From Octopus vulgaris (lineage: Eukaryota), in contig OX597818.1 in NCBI GenBank assembly GCA_951406725.2, positions 143,902,001 through 143,966,000 on the forward strand: DNA of 64,000 bases. Reading direction: 5' to 3'. The position numbers were made by a program, and so were the translations under genes. This document shows positions 12,466 to 26,109 of the stretch, piece after piece. A model generated the notes under the pieces. The model was not told the origin of the DNA. It saw nothing but the letters and a program-made list of their open reading frames with translations, and made no database searches. The number at the start of each line of letters is the position of its first letter. Within the stretch, counting starts at the first letter, position 1.

Positions 12466-13276
12466 CAACTATGCCTAGAGTGATATATCCGAGTTATAAA
12501 CAGTCAGGGTCTAGTTCATTTACGGTGCGTACCTCTGAATAGATATTGCGGGCTGGTGAAGTATATGCAGTTTTTCACAGAAGCACAGTTGCCAATTGCG
12601 ATCTTCAAGTGAGTAAGGATACCCCATTTGATGTTGAGAAGAAATTTCAATAGTCATTTCGATAGTCCAGATGAAGCAGGGTAGGGAGAGAAGTTTTCTT
12701 TATATCTACACCTGAGTCATGTGTTGTGTATTTCTTCCTTTAAAATTATTGGTTGAGCTAAAGTTTAATGACTTCTAATACTATAGGATAGTGTGAGGGT
12801 ATTTCCAATACCATAGGATGGTGTGAGAGTACTCACTCATGGAGTGAGTTTTTGAAAGGCAAGAAGCTTCCGGTGGGTAGTTGATAGGATTTCATCAGTT
12901 ACACGTTGTAGTGTGGACTGGAAGCAGTGCAAATGTGTGTTTGCCTCTATTGTAATGTGAGGTATGCCCTGCATCCTGATGCTTTTCTTCTCTGCAACAC
13001 GTGGGCTACAAAATGAGTAATTAATTGATGTTCATTGCATTTTACAGCCGCGTGACCACAGCTGATCAATATAGGCTTAAACACCTTGGATCTATTGTTT
13101 TAATTTCTTACAAAGCTTCTACTCTGTCTCCGAACATCTGACGAGATCGACTCGTTTTACACGGTCACGAACCGTTAAGAAATCTTGAGTTGAGTGAAAC
13201 TGTTATTAGATACTCCAATCAAAAGTGTTGAGAGCGACTTTTTTCATTTATTCACACACACGCAAGCACACGCACG

Positions 13277-13320
<44 letters not shown>

Positions 13321-14144
13321 AACACACACAGACACACACTCTTCCCTCGCAAATGCGAATGATTTGGAAATATGTGCGATGTTTTCGATAATTATTTTAT
13401 GGAAGTGTATATACTAGCAGACATAGATACCTTCTCGGCCCTCTCACTCTTAACGCGGTGGCATATTCAAGATTTCATCGTTGGTACAAGAGAGAGCTAC
13501 ACCAGCATTATGCTGGCACTTATTCGTCTGCTGAGTGGACTGGATCAACGTGAATTGATGGGCTTTTCTCAAGGATAATATGCGTTGCCCAATTCCGTAA
13601 CCGAAACCACGATCTTCCGCATACATGATGCAGATATTCAAATAAATACGCGCATATATATATATACACATATGTGTGTGTGTGTGTGTGTGTGTGCTTG
13701 TGTATGTATGTTTTAACACTTGAAAAAGGGGTATTTTACATTCTCTCTCTCTCTTTTCCTCTCTTCCTCTCTCTCTCCTTCTTTCTCTCTCTCTCTCTCT
13801 CTCTTTCGGTCTCCCTCTGTCTGTCTGTCTTCCTCTCTCTCAGACAAATGGTCAGTTCCGAAACGGCAGAAGCATCAGATTCTTTTAGTTCCCATGACAA
13901 AAGAATTCATGTAAGCTATTTCTTTCCTTCTTTTCTCTCCCTCTCTCTTCTTTCTCTCTCTCACACACACACTCAGTGATACACACACACACACACACAA
14001 ATAGATACGTATGCGTGTGTATGAGTGTGTACATATATATATACATACATATAATGTATGTTTGACAAGCAAAGGCGCACACAAACACACATATATCATT
14101 AGACTGAATAAGTTTGCAGAATGCATTAAGGACATGTGTGAGCT

Positions 14145-14241
<97 letters not shown>

Positions 14242-14944
14242 CATATATATATATATATACATGTATATACATACGTACACACACACACACGTCCATACAT
14301 ACGTACGAACACATCCATATATACGTGTATGTATACACACATAAATTAAATTCGTTTGTGCTCGGAGTGTGTATAAATACAATATTCTTGTTGTGTGTGT
14401 GGGTGTGGGTGTCTTTACTTGTCATTGCTGTTTTTTAACTTTTGTTTTTTTTGTGTGTTTGGTATGTGCGTGCTTCTGTTTTTGTTTTTTTTTTTATATC
14501 CTTATCTCGTTTGTTGTCAGTGATTTCTGAGAGGCGCAATGACTGAATCGATAAAGTATCTGTCTTTTCGTTTGTGTGTCGTGTGTCATTATATTTTATT
14601 GCGTTGCTAGCAATGGCAAGACACTTAATCCTACTTGCTTAAGGATTCATGTCTAATAAAGAATTTATTATTCATATTCGATGAATATTTATGCTGTCAC
14701 TCTCCCTTTCCATTTATAAAAGTTTTGCACGTACACTAACATTCATACAGACACAAAGATGCATGCGTATCTACACGAGTGCACACAACTGCATGTACAT
14801 TTATTCGATTAAAATTCACGGTGCAATTTTTTTTCTTTTCTGCATAGGGGCAATAGAAAATGTCTGTGTGTATATACATATATTCACATATATACATACA
14901 TACATACATACATACATACATGCATTATGGGCGGGTGTATAAAC

Positions 14945-14991
<47 letters not shown>

Positions 14992-15879
14992 TACACACAC
15001 GTATATAAGTATATCTGCATGTGCATTTGTGTACTCATGGATGCAAAGGTGTAGCGAAGTTCGAAAGTTAGGGAGCGCGAGCACATAGAAATGGCGCTGT
15101 GACACATACCAAACAATTTTAACTCATTTCTCTAATACGCGAAATATTTGATTAGTTATAATATACATAATTGTATTCTACGTTCATTAATTTCAGGTAA
15201 AGAAGATGAAACTCTGCAGGATCGTTCAGTGTCGAGAGATTATGATATCAGAGTTTGCTTTGGTTCTTCAGATGCCAGCAGCTATCAACAGGAGATTGAG
15301 CCGACAGTTCAAAAGCACAAGGGGTTGGTCAAATAAAGTCATAACTACAGAAAGCTCTTCCAATGCCATCCGATTGCCCCTCACCCCACCAAAAAAGACA
15401 TTCGACTTTTATCACACAAGTGAAAAGAATTTGTCGCTCCCCTTCCACTGCATGTGTGTGTTCGCGCTTATTTGGACCAATGTTTCGAACGTCCACTTAA
15501 CTATTTCTATGTTGACCAGCTCATAATCTCTCATACCACATTTTAACGTCTTTTAAGTATTGTCGACGTCAACGACAACTTAACCACCTGTGAGGATAAA
15601 TTGAAGTTTTACCGTATTAGTGAACGTATGAATGATGATTGGAATAACATTCGTAAATGAAAACGAATTCCGTATTTCTTTTGTTTGTCTTTGGGTCAGA
15701 CACGATCGAACAAGTCTATGGTCAAAAACTTTCCAATCGTCACCATCTTGCCCATATTTTGTTTTTAAGACGCTAGTGTATGACTTGGAGTGAATTCGGC
15801 AGCTATTTGTAGGAAGTCGAGCAACGATATTGAGGCGCCTTATTTATTGTTTGTCATTAAGTCAAGTCAGATATGGGGA

Positions 15880-16330
15880 CATGCGCCGTTGCAGCGCGTC
15901 ACTGCGTCCACCATTTGTCGTTTTTTTGCCTACGGTCATCCCGGGCACCTTCCAATTAGTATCCCAATCAGCTCTAATCTCTGCGAGATACCTACTCATA
16001 CACCATCACCATGTGGCATGTGGCCAACCAATACGAGCCGTCATACCAACCGGATCCTCAGAGAAGAGAACACAGTTCACAAGATCTTACTCGGAAAATT
16101 GAACAACATGACCAAACAGCCTGAGCTGATACTCCCGAATAATACAAGTAACAGCACCATCTCATTTCTGAGTTTAGTCGTCGATGGATACAAAATCGAA
16201 GCAATGGTAACTCATATTCTCGCTAAGCGTCCTATTACCAAAGGAGTTTAGATGGCTCTTAAGAGCCCTGGACAGTGTCCAAGTCTCGCAACTATAGAAC
16301 AAGATAGAGAGGATCAGAGACCCGAATATC
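15880..16330 (-). mobile_element. Old RTE-like LINE RT C-terminal fragment
   Basis: Minus strand LNSFGNRTLSENMSYHCFDFVS resembles the RTE L..F.N.CLR.I.G..W.D.VSN motif, with a WLGH-like relic downstream. Confidence 0.55.
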
Positions 16331-17640
16331 TGAGCCGTAGTCTTCCTGCTCAGAGATCGGCAACGCTAAACACTCCTGTCTAGTGAGTCCACAACAGCAA
16401 TAGCACAGAGAGCATACACTGCAACCAAGAAAATAACACCCAGAGAATGTCGAATCCTCAGTTACATAATATGCTCATTGACAGGTGCTATATCTGATAC
16501 CATTGGAACCAGCCAGTCAGCCACTACAACTGCTATCCCAACGGCATGCTAGACCGGCGATAGATGTGACCTCTAGTTGAAATTTAGCCTCTCCATAACC
16601 GACGCACCTCCGATGGGGCTACCAAAGCGACTCGCAAAGACGTCAGGAGCAGATGGGAGAATATTTTAGGTCCCCACCCGAACAGGCCTCCTCAGATTTA
16701 ACGAGATTCCCTGCTCCTGGTCGATGACACTTTTGCATCACTCAGGCGACAACTCTTCGACTCAACCCGTCCTCTAGGATTTTCCTCATTTGGTGAAGTG
16801 GAGTCCTGTCGGCTTAGCCCCAACCGTTTCATATGACGTATCTTATAGGCAGTCGAGATACTTCCCCGAAAGAGAGAATTTGATGTTTGGCTGGTCGTTG
16901 ATGGTGAGGGTTTTACGAGGATGGAATGCAAATCATACCTCGACTTTTAGTCGATTTTTACGACACGCAGAGGAATCATTAGGTCTATTCTTTTGCATGC
17001 CGGTCTCCACATAATCATTAGATTGATCGTTATTAATTATTATATATATTCAAATGTTATTTGTTGCTTTTATGCTAATTTGTTTTATTAAAGTGATTGG
17101 AATACTTACATGCTAATTATTTGTGTATGATGGTGAGAATTCTGATTTTTTGTTTAAAGTCGCCTTGAACATGGAGTTTGCTTGTTTAGATTCAGGTCAA
17201 GCTGATCGAGCAGGTCTATGAGGAAAGGCATTTCAGTCGTAACAGCTCAGTCCCTTTTTTTTTCGGACGCTGTGTATCTACAAATAAATTATCCTACGTT
17301 TCCTTCCTTTTCCTGGGCAATGTGCGATGCAAGTATGATTTTGGCAGCTATTTCTAGCAGATTGAGGGATCACGCAGAAGTGCTCTTGTTTGTTTGAAGT
17401 GGTTTTGTAGGTTTTTTTTTAATTTCTTCTCATATTTATGGTAATAAAACAGTGTTAGTCAATTAGATACTGTCTTTTCCTCCTTTCTAATAAAGTAGTT
17501 TATTGAAAAGCAAAGTTGGCATCGCCAGGATTTGAATCAGAACATAAAAATTCTAAACAAATACCGCAAGGCATTTTTCTTAACACCAAGTGTGGCAGTT
17601 TACCATCCTTAATAATTTGCTTCTAATTTAAGCTCAAGAC

Positions 17641-18287
17641 CAGTGATTCCCAACGTGGGGCATGGAAATATTTTGGTGAGGTATGCATAGGGTTTTGTTG
17701 AATTTATACCTTTTGTACACAATGTTTAGTATACCAATAGAGAAAGGGGGCAATTCGAGAATGAGTTATTAAAAACAAAAATTCTTTACATCCCTTCTTC
17801 CTTCTGTGGACAATTTTATCAAACTTTGGACACTTGACAGACGTTTTCATCATATTCGTTTTCATCATATTCATAAGATCTGATGTCACTAAAGAGGGAA
17901 TGGATTATTTCCTTCGATTAAGTGATATGTGAAAACATGTAGGTAATTACAAACGCATACGGGTGTGTGTGTGTGTGTGTGTGTGTGTTGCGTGCGTGCG
18001 TGCGTGCATGTATGTAATATAGAACTGGTCAGTACTGAAAGCAATGCCATCTTAATTCCCTATAGAGAAATAAGCTAGAGACAGACTTATGTGTGCGGGT
18101 GGGTCTAAAAGTATTCACTCTTTTATCTCCGGCGACAACAATCTGGGTACACAAGAAAAAAATGTGGTGCTGCAGTGTTGATGGGGCAATAAATGGCATT
18201 GGGGATGAGGGATGAAAGAATTGATTGGTGTGGAATAGGTTGGGATGGAGTGGAAATGAGGGGTAGCGTCAGTGAAGGAAGAGAAAG

Positions 18288-18322
<35 letters not shown>

Positions 18323-19086
18323 GGGTACTGCTTATGCACACACACGTATATATATGAACAGAAATGAAAATTAAAAAGGTGTCATTTTATTCCCACCAGT
18401 CAGTTTGTGAATTTAGCAAAAAGGTAAGAAAACATTTCCATCATTGATACAAAGGCTTTTGCAGCTGAGAAGATTCACGGAATATTCTTTTGTTTCTTTT
18501 TGAGCATATTTTCCGAAAATATATACTGAAATCTTTTTGAAGAAATTGTTGAAAAAATCTGCTTGAACTGAAATCTCTTTGTATTTGATTCAAAAATACA
18601 TAAAATGAGTAATGCAAAAAAAAAGTTCATCAATATTCAGAGGAATATTTAAAATTTGGATTTATACCCTCTATCTACAATAAACTGTCACCAAGTTATG
18701 GGCGAAAAACTCGGATCTTGTGAATTTTCCAAAGTCCTTTCCTCACTCCCTCGGAAAATATTTTCCCACAAATTTCTTTATAATCGTAATCTATGCTGGT
18801 TGAAAGGTATTTGTATAAAATTTCATTAAAAAAAAAATCTTTCCTAAAAGTTATGTGGGAAAAACTCGGATCTTGTGAATTTTCCGAAGTCCTCTCCCCA
18901 CACACCCCGTTGCTCTCCGCGCATTTTTTTTACATCCGTTGCACTATTTTTTTTTTATTTTGTTTCCGAGTAATATTGTAAACATTAACCAAATGTTGAA
19001 TAACAAAAATTAAATATCACAAGGGGGCATCAGGATTTTAGAAGTGATTCAGTGGGGCATGGCCAAAAATCGGCTGGGAACCACAG
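17641..19086. mobile_element. Non-autonomous hAT-type element with 8-bp TSD
   Basis: TIRs cagtgattcccaac and ggctgggaaccacag. Flanks ctcaagac (17633-17640) and gtcaagac (19087-19094) match at 7 of 8 positions. Confidence 0.8.
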
Positions 19087-19094
19087 GTCAAGAC

Positions 19095-20098
19095 CATGCG
19101 TTTTGACGGGAGGAGTTTAGTCGATTACGTTGACTCAGTATTTAACTGCTACTTTATTTAATCGACTCCGGAATGGTAAAAGGTAATATGGGCAACCGTC
19201 AGGTTTAAACTAAGAATGAAATTAACCGGAAGATATACCACAAAGCATTCTAACGATTCTTCCTATCCACAATAATGATAATTCTTTCTAATTTTGGCAT
19301 GAAGTCAGCAATTTTGAATGGAGGGAGCAAATCGATTACATCAACCCCAATACTTGACTGGCACTTATTTATCGACCCCGAAAAGACGAAAAGCAAAGGC
19401 GACTTCCACAGGAGTTTGAACTCAGGAAGTAAAGAGCTGGAAGAAATGCCACTTAGCGTTAAATCCACTGCAATGATTATAAGTGATTCTAAGGCGGTGA
19501 AAAGGGCAGGATCGCTGACACGTCGGCGAAAACGCTTAGCTGCATTTCGTTCGTCTTTACGTTCTCAGATCAAATTCCGCCGAGGTCGACTTTGCCTTTC
19601 ATCCTTTCAGGGTCGATAAAATAAGTGCCACTTGAGCATTGGAGTTCGAAACAATCAAGTTACCCCCTTGCTCCGAACTTGCTGGCCTTGAGCCAAAATT
19701 TGAATCAAATAATTATAATTGTGTCTGACATCGGCTGAAATTCGTGGATGGGAATTAGTCGATTAAATCGATTCAGTATATGACTAATTCTTTATTTTAT
19801 TGACTACTGTAGATTTTTTTTTTTTAGCTGTTAGTTAATTGTCAGTCACCGTGTTCTTTGATATATATTTCTTTACTACCCACAAGGGGCTAAATATAGA
19901 GAGGATAAACAAGGACAGACAAACGGATTAAGTCGATTACATCGACCCCAGTGCGTAACTGGCACTTATCTACTCCACCCCGAAAGGATAAAATGCAAAG
20001 TCGACCTCGCGGGAATTTGAAGTCAGAACGTAACGGCAGACGAAATACTGCTAGGCATTTCGATCGGTGTGCTAACGATTCTGCCAGCTCGCCACCTT
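19095..20098. mobile_element. Cluster of SINE family B copies in both orientations
   Basis: Minus copies at ~19095-19255, ~19290-19460 and ~19870-20098; plus copy at ~19490-19700. Confidence 0.8.
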
Positions 20099-21123
20099 AG
20101 GTGGTTCATATTAATCTGTGCTCTATCTATTGACCTCTTAAGCATAAGACATGCCAAGATACTGCACTCCGCTTGCATAACTCTCAGGCAGGCAAGGCAC
20201 CACATCGCAACAAATACTGGAATGCAACAAATGCCAGCCGGATAAAAAAGAAATTATATTTACGTTGTATAAATACTACCGTATAAGACCCTGTCTCAGA
20301 AATGATTGAAACCACTGAACGAAGAAGAGAAACTCATCTGCTATGGAATGGTTAAGATTGGTTATTTCCATCTCTACTTACGGGACAAGTTTGGACAAAA
20401 AATAAATTGGATATCGAAATGCTGACATCATGCCTGCCGCTCATTGTTCTGTGAACACTATAAAGGCTCTAAGATGTGACATGGACGACTGCAACTGAGA
20501 TTAAGAAGCCGTGTCCAGCATGAAGGGACACAGCAGGCGTTCGGAGTCCGCACGCTAATATTCATTCTCACATCTGCGAACAGAGTCTTACGCTCAATTC
20601 AGACGATTCTGTGAAGCTGCTAGAGACTGAGGTTTATCTGGTTTGAAAGGGTTGCTGCTGGAGGGCTATGTGGGGCAGCAGGTTTCAGTGCCTTACCAGA
20701 CCTCCGGAAAGGGTCAGAAATGGTTGTTGGAGAACTACGACTTCACCAGCCCCAATTTCTGGTCTCCTAATTCACTCGATTGTAATCCCAAGGAGTAATA
20801 TAGGTGCGTTGCGGTTGAGAAAAACACCAACCGCTGTCTGCAACACCAAGGCCAAGAAAGTGCTCGAATACAGTGAAGAACGTATGCGCCGGGTTCCGGA
20901 GTTGTCTTGAGACCGTAGGAGAAGCTGAGGGCGATTACTTTGAGTAAACTGTTATCACCCAGCGGTTATGTAGCTGATATTTTTTTTATTTTTTAAAATA
21001 CTTTTATTTTTGGAAGGGATGTTGTTTTCTTTTCCTTTGATGCATAGTGTCAAATTTATCCCGAACACTTTGGATTTATAATGACTTCAGCACTTGACTG
21101 CTACTTATTGCATTAACCCCGCT

Positions 21124-21365
<242 letters not shown>

Positions 21366-22243
21366 GCGAGAGCGAAATCAGCCAGTTGTTACATTTGATC
21401 GTCGTTATCTTAAACGTCAGCAATGTTTATCAAAATACTAAGGGAAGCCATTATAAAAGCCGGCCCATTGTTCCCTCCTTTCTCTCCCAACTCCAGTTTC
21501 ACGCTTTCATTTCATTTCATTTCGTTTATTTGTTTATATTTATCTATTTATTTATATTCTTGTTTTATTAAAAGAAAAAAAAAAGGGGGTTCTGAATAGA
21601 AACATATCAAGGCAGGGGAAAGCTTGTTATTGTTTTCTTCAAACGTTTCTATGTTTGTTTGTTTGTTTGTGTATAGAGGAACACGCGCGTACGCACATAC
21701 ACAATATTGGAGCGAGCTCTTATTCTACCCATGTTACACCCGGAAGTTCTGTCCCGTTAGATAACGAAAGACTAACACCACCATTTTGTTGGCACACTCC
21801 AAAACTTTATTGTGGATATTAGGGGAGTGAGACCTAAAGAATCGAGCCGCAACGTGACGGGGAATGCTTTAAGGGTTGTGACATAAGCAAGGCAGGGTAA
21901 GGGTTGTCATTTACTCTTGGACGGAATGAGCATTTTGTATGTAGGTATTCAATGTGTGTTTGTGCTACGCTTATGTGTGCGCGTGCGTGTCTATGTGTGT
22001 GAAGAGAAGAAGGAGGAGGAGGAAAATGTATGTATGGGTGTGGATCAGTTGGCGCGTGTTTATGTGATATTTCGTATAGAAACTTTTAATATCTGTTTAT
22101 GTTACAGTCATGTGAGTCAGTGCATGTGTGTGTGTAAGAATGAGAGCGAATGAAGTGTGTATAGCACTTTGTCATTTTATGTGTCTATGTAAATAAATAT
22201 CTACTCGAGCTTCATAACATAAACAAAAGTAGTTGCGTCTGTG

Positions 22244-23136
22244 TACAAGATCTGATCAATAAGTATCCGGACTGTTGCCATAGTAACGAAGCTAAAGCAT
22301 GCAGAGTGAAACTGCTGGGTATAGATTGACCTTGAACTCTGTTGTGTATGCCTACTAAGTTTTAACGTTCTAGCTCACTTCCGTTGTTTGCAGTAACGCT
22401 TGGAAGGAAGGTGTGTAGTGTGTGATCGTCACATTTTGACCATGACAGAGGTAGTTGTCATGACCTGCTCAGAGGCCTGCACAAAGTTGCAGAAAGTGTA
22501 TGGAGAGAAGTGTATGAACCGTAAATAAATGTACGAGTGGCTCAGTCGTTTCCAAGATGGCTGAAAAAGTGTCGATATTGACGAAGTTCTGGGAGATCTG
22601 CAACCAGGAGAACTGAGAAAAACATCACAGATTTGCGTGCAGCTGTGAGAGGAAATCATTGAATCACCACCCATGAGTTATCAGAGGATGTGCAGAATAG
22701 TTACAGTTCAGTTTAGTCCATTATCATTGAAGATTTGGGCATGAGACGTGTGTCTGCCAAGTTTGTGCGGAAACCACTTTCAGCAGACCAAAAAGACACT
22801 CGGGTTTCAGTCGCACAAGATCTCCTTGATTACGTCGAGAACGATGAAAATGTTTTGAAAACTTTGCGTAGGCCTCTGAGCAGGTATCGCCAAGCTTTTA
22901 GCAAAATTTGATGCAGATTCTCTGCTCAACTTTCTCTGTCATGGTCAATGCGGCGATCACACACTACGCACCTCATTCCAAGCACCGCTGTAAACAGCGG
23001 AAGTCGGCTAGAACATTAAAACTTAGTGCGCATGCCTAGTAGAGTTCAAGGTCAATCTGTGTTAGCGACTTCACCCTGTGAGCTTTAGCTTCGTTACTGT
23101 GGCAATAGTTCGGATACTTATTGACCAGACCACGTA
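22244..23136 (+). mobile_element. Mariner derivative built from two inverted left ends
   Basis: TA-bounded TIRs tacaagatctgatcaataagtatccg and cggatacttattgaccagaccacgta. Arms of ~240 bp include the transposase start (MTEKVEQRICIKFC on the minus strand at ~22940). Confidence 0.85.
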
Positions 23137-23842
23137 TATCTGCTAATGCTTATGCATAAGGCAAGTATGTTTTATGTTTGTATGGAATTTTTGTTGTTGT
23201 GTGACACCTATGTCGACCGTTATCAATCAGACCCATGCTACGTAAGCAGACGTAAGAACAACTGCGTTGCACAACAGCTGATCCAGATATACCATTTTAC
23301 TGTCTTCAATGTGATATATCCACTATTAATATACCACTATTGATCAGCAGATCAATTGATCTTAAACCATACCGCCATCTGTATCCCCTGGAATGCAAGA
23401 GTTGTTCGTTAACCACGTGACGACATGATCGACGAGATCATGCAATTTTCTTTTTTTATTTTTTTTTTAGAATAGTGTATTCCGGCCTACATTATTCAGG
23501 GTATACTTTTTAAGATGGCATGGTGTGGTTCGAAGATTTTGCAGTTTCTTTTAGCATGTCATGCAATCACATACAGGCCCCTTCGTTTGCTCGTACACAA
23601 GTGTCGTTATTCCTTTGTGCTGATTAAATGTGTTATCTATAACTTGTCTAACAGTGTTGTATGTTATCTTGCTTTCTTTTTTTTAACTTGGTTTTCGCTT
23701 GATATGAATATTGTGAGTGTTGAACCCACAATAAGCAGTAAAACCGCAATAAGCAGTGATCCCATGATTAAATCTACCCAATTCAAGTAGAGTTTTGGCT
23801 CATTGCATTTAGTACGCTAGTACTTATTTAATTTGTTTCTTA

Positions 23843-24045
23843 AGGCGGCGAGCTGGCAGAAACGTTAGTACGCCGGGCGAAATGCTTAGTGGTATTTCGT
23901 TCTGAATTCAAATTCCGCCGAGATCGACTTTGCCTTTCATCCTTTCGGGATCGATAAATTAAGTACCAGTAGCGTACTGGAGTAGATCTAATCGACTGGC
24001 CCCCTCTCCAAAAATTTCAGGCCTTTAGCCTAGAGTAGAAAAGAA
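23843..24045 (+). mobile_element. SINE family B copy
   Basis: aaggcggcgagctggcagaa...cctttcatcctttcgggatcgataaattaagtacc...agaaaagaaa. Confidence 0.85.
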
Positions 24046-24088
24046 AATAATGATGACGTGTGATGCAATGTGGAAATTGTTATTGATA

Positions 24089-24125
24089 GGCGCAGGAGTG
24101 GCTGTGTGGTAAGTAGCTTGCTAAC
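24089..24125 (+). mobile_element. 5' head (A box) of a SINE family A copy split by two insertions
   Basis: ggcgcaggagtggctgtgtggtaagtagcttgctaac matches the head of the intact copy at 31474. Confidence 0.9.
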
Positions 24126-26109
24126 TGCGCATGTGCGAGTCAGTGTTGTGTTTGCTACTGAAGCAGTGAAGATGTGCTTTTGAAGCCGTCTTGAATTGAA
24201 AACTTTGGAAGCCCCATGTAAGGTAAGATTCTGTTTTCTGGATCCAGTGGGAGTTTTTGTTGAGAATTATTTTTTACATGCAGGAAGTCCTACTGGATTC
24301 AGAATTCTGATTCTGCCGACATGTGGCAGATATATTTTTCTCGCTGAGAAAATTTTGGGGGGCGTATCCGTCTTCGAATTGTGAAAATTGTATGGTGCTG
24401 TGAAGAACTACCAATTTTACACCAATTTTTGTGGAAGTTGTGCGATCCTGGTTCGATTTAGGCCGGGAGTACCAAATGGCCAAAAGGATTTTGCTGTGTT
24501 TTTGACTTTCTTTTTAACTTTATTTGACTTTCTTTTTAACTTTATTTGACTCTCTCCGTTTTTCATTGTGACTTTCTTCGGATTTCCTTTTCTTCTCGTT
24601 TTTTAGTTTTATTCTAAATACATTTATTTAAAAAAAAAAACAAAAAAACATGGCAACAAAAGAAACCACCGCTTTGGAATGGGAGGTCGTCCCACCAAAG
24701 CTGTGGATTGAAAGTCTTGAGAAGAGGACGGTGGTCCTACGAACCTATTCTAGGTCGCGTGGAGCCATTGCCCTCTTCGACAAGAATACTATAGAGAAAG
24801 AGTTGGGGGACTACCTGCCAACTATAAAATTTATTTCTCGGGGGAGCAAATTTGCAACGGTCTGGTTGCTATTTGGTACCCCCGAGGAAGCTAGCAGATT
24901 TGCTAGCGAGCCACTGGAGGGAGAGGAAATTTTGTTCCTCCCCTCGTATTGTGGCAGAAAAGTGAAAAGAGCCTGGGTGTGTGGGCTGCCCCCGGGCACG
25001 GAGGCGGAATGGATCGAAAAGACCATCCGGCGAGGCCTGGGGGATAGCGGACCCAGACTGCTAAGTGTGAAGGTGGCTCCTGCGGTCGCCTGGCAGGGGT
25101 CGAGGGCAACCTTGACCCTGTGGACACCGGTAGCGGTGGGGGAAATGAAATTCCCGGACTTCCTGAGAATGGCTGGGCACAGGTACCCGGTGATACTCGA
25201 GGGTCGCCCCCCCAAGTGTCACCTGTGCCTGAAGCCCGGACATATCAGGAAGAATTGTCCCAGGGGCCGTAGTGGTGCCCCGGAGCAGATAGGGGAAAAG
25301 GCGCCCGCCGCCCCCTCATTGGAGGGGGAGACGATGGAAGTCGTGGAGGAGGTTGCCTCCACGAAAAGAAAGAGAAAGGCGAGCAACAATGGTTGCCCGC
25401 CAAAGAACGCTCAGGGGGCGAAGGGGGATAGCAATCCCCCGTGTCTGGTGACAGAGTCCCCTGGGTCAGCAGTCTCCCCCAAAAGAAGGAGGAGAAAAAG
25501 AAGAGGTCGGACGACTGACGTTTCTGTGTCGCCGACGGAGCCGCGGGTGGGATGTGTGCCACCCGCGGACAAGGCTCCGCCAGTGGGAAGTGTGCCACCG
25601 ACGGAGGAGTGTGAGGTCCCTCCCTGTGAAGAGGAGATGCTTCTCCTCCTTTACCACAAGGGAGAGAAGGTTGAAAAATTCTTGACTGGCTTGGGTGACC
25701 GAGAGCGTAAGGACACGGTCGGCTCAAGGAGTCCGTTATGGCCTCCGCAGGTAGCTGCGGAGAAAGTAACAGAAGATACTTTGTCAAGGGTCGCAGAGAC
25801 CTTTGAAAAGAAAGACTTTACCTTTCTCTTTGCAGGCCCCGACTTGTCGTCGCAGAGTTGTCTGCAGGCGGCAAGACAATTTGCTTCGGGGACCTGACGA
25901 GAAGAATTGTTGAACATTTTTATGCAATTTGAATCATTGTTTATTAAATGTATTTATTGAAACATTGTTTTAGAGAAGCAAAAGTCGGCGGGCGCTTTCG
26001 ACTTCTCCCATCACCATCTTCATCAACCACCACCATCATCCATTAATGTCCTTGTCCAGCCCGTAGCTACTACTCTGTATGCTGCCCTAGTGGCAAATTA
26101 TTTAAAATA
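24126..26109 (+). mobile_element. ORF1-only non-autonomous non-LTR retroelement, copy 1, inserted in SINE A
   Basis: Flanked by a 15-bp TSD aagtagcttgctaac (24111-24125 and 26110-26124). Layout is 5'UTR, single gag-like ORF, conserved 3' tail ending AATAAA. No RT. Confidence 0.85.
24650..25897 (+). CDS. L1/Tx1-type ORF1 (gag-like, ZCCHC3-like) nucleic-acid-binding protein, 415 aa
   Basis: Intact GC-rich ORF. RRM-like blocks (RTVVLRTY..WLLFGTPEEA and AWVCGLPP..EWIE), EGRPPK plus CX2CX4HX4C knuckle (CHLCLKPGHIRKNC), basic NLS-like stretches and a disordered C-terminal half. Confidence 0.85.
   Translation: MATKETTALEWEVVPPKLWIESLEKRTVVLRTYSRSRGAIALFDKNTIEKELGDYLPTIKFISRGSKFATVWLLFGTPEEASRFASEPLEGEEILFLPSYCGRKVKRAWVCGLPPGTEAEWIEKTIRRGLGDSGPRLLSVKVAPAVAWQGSRATLTLWTPVAVGEMKFPDFLRMAGHRYPVILEGRPPKCHLCLKPGHIRKNCPRGRSGAPEQIGEKAPAAPSLEGETMEVVEEVASTKRKRKASNNGCPPKNAQGAKGDSNPPCLVTESPGSAVSPKRRRRKRRGRTTDVSVSPTEPRVGCVPPADKAPPVGSVPPTEECEVPPCEEEMLLLLYHKGEKVEKFLTGLGDRERKDTVGSRSPLWPPQVAAEKVTEDTLSRVAETFEKKDFTFLFAGPDLSSQSCLQAARQFASGT

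Noticed and set aside
10101-13150. Inverted pair 10101-10198 and 13045-13150 as TIRs of one 3-kb element
   Set aside because: The copies are diverged and I found no clear termini or TSD; they may be two independent copies of an old repeat.
25985-26070. HDV-like ribozyme in the 3' tail of the ORF1-only elements
   Set aside because: A TCCTCG-like loop and a GCGGGC/GCCCG helix are present, but P3 is only 2 bp and the P1.1 G(G) and J4/2 motif are missing. Kept only as a generic structured tail.
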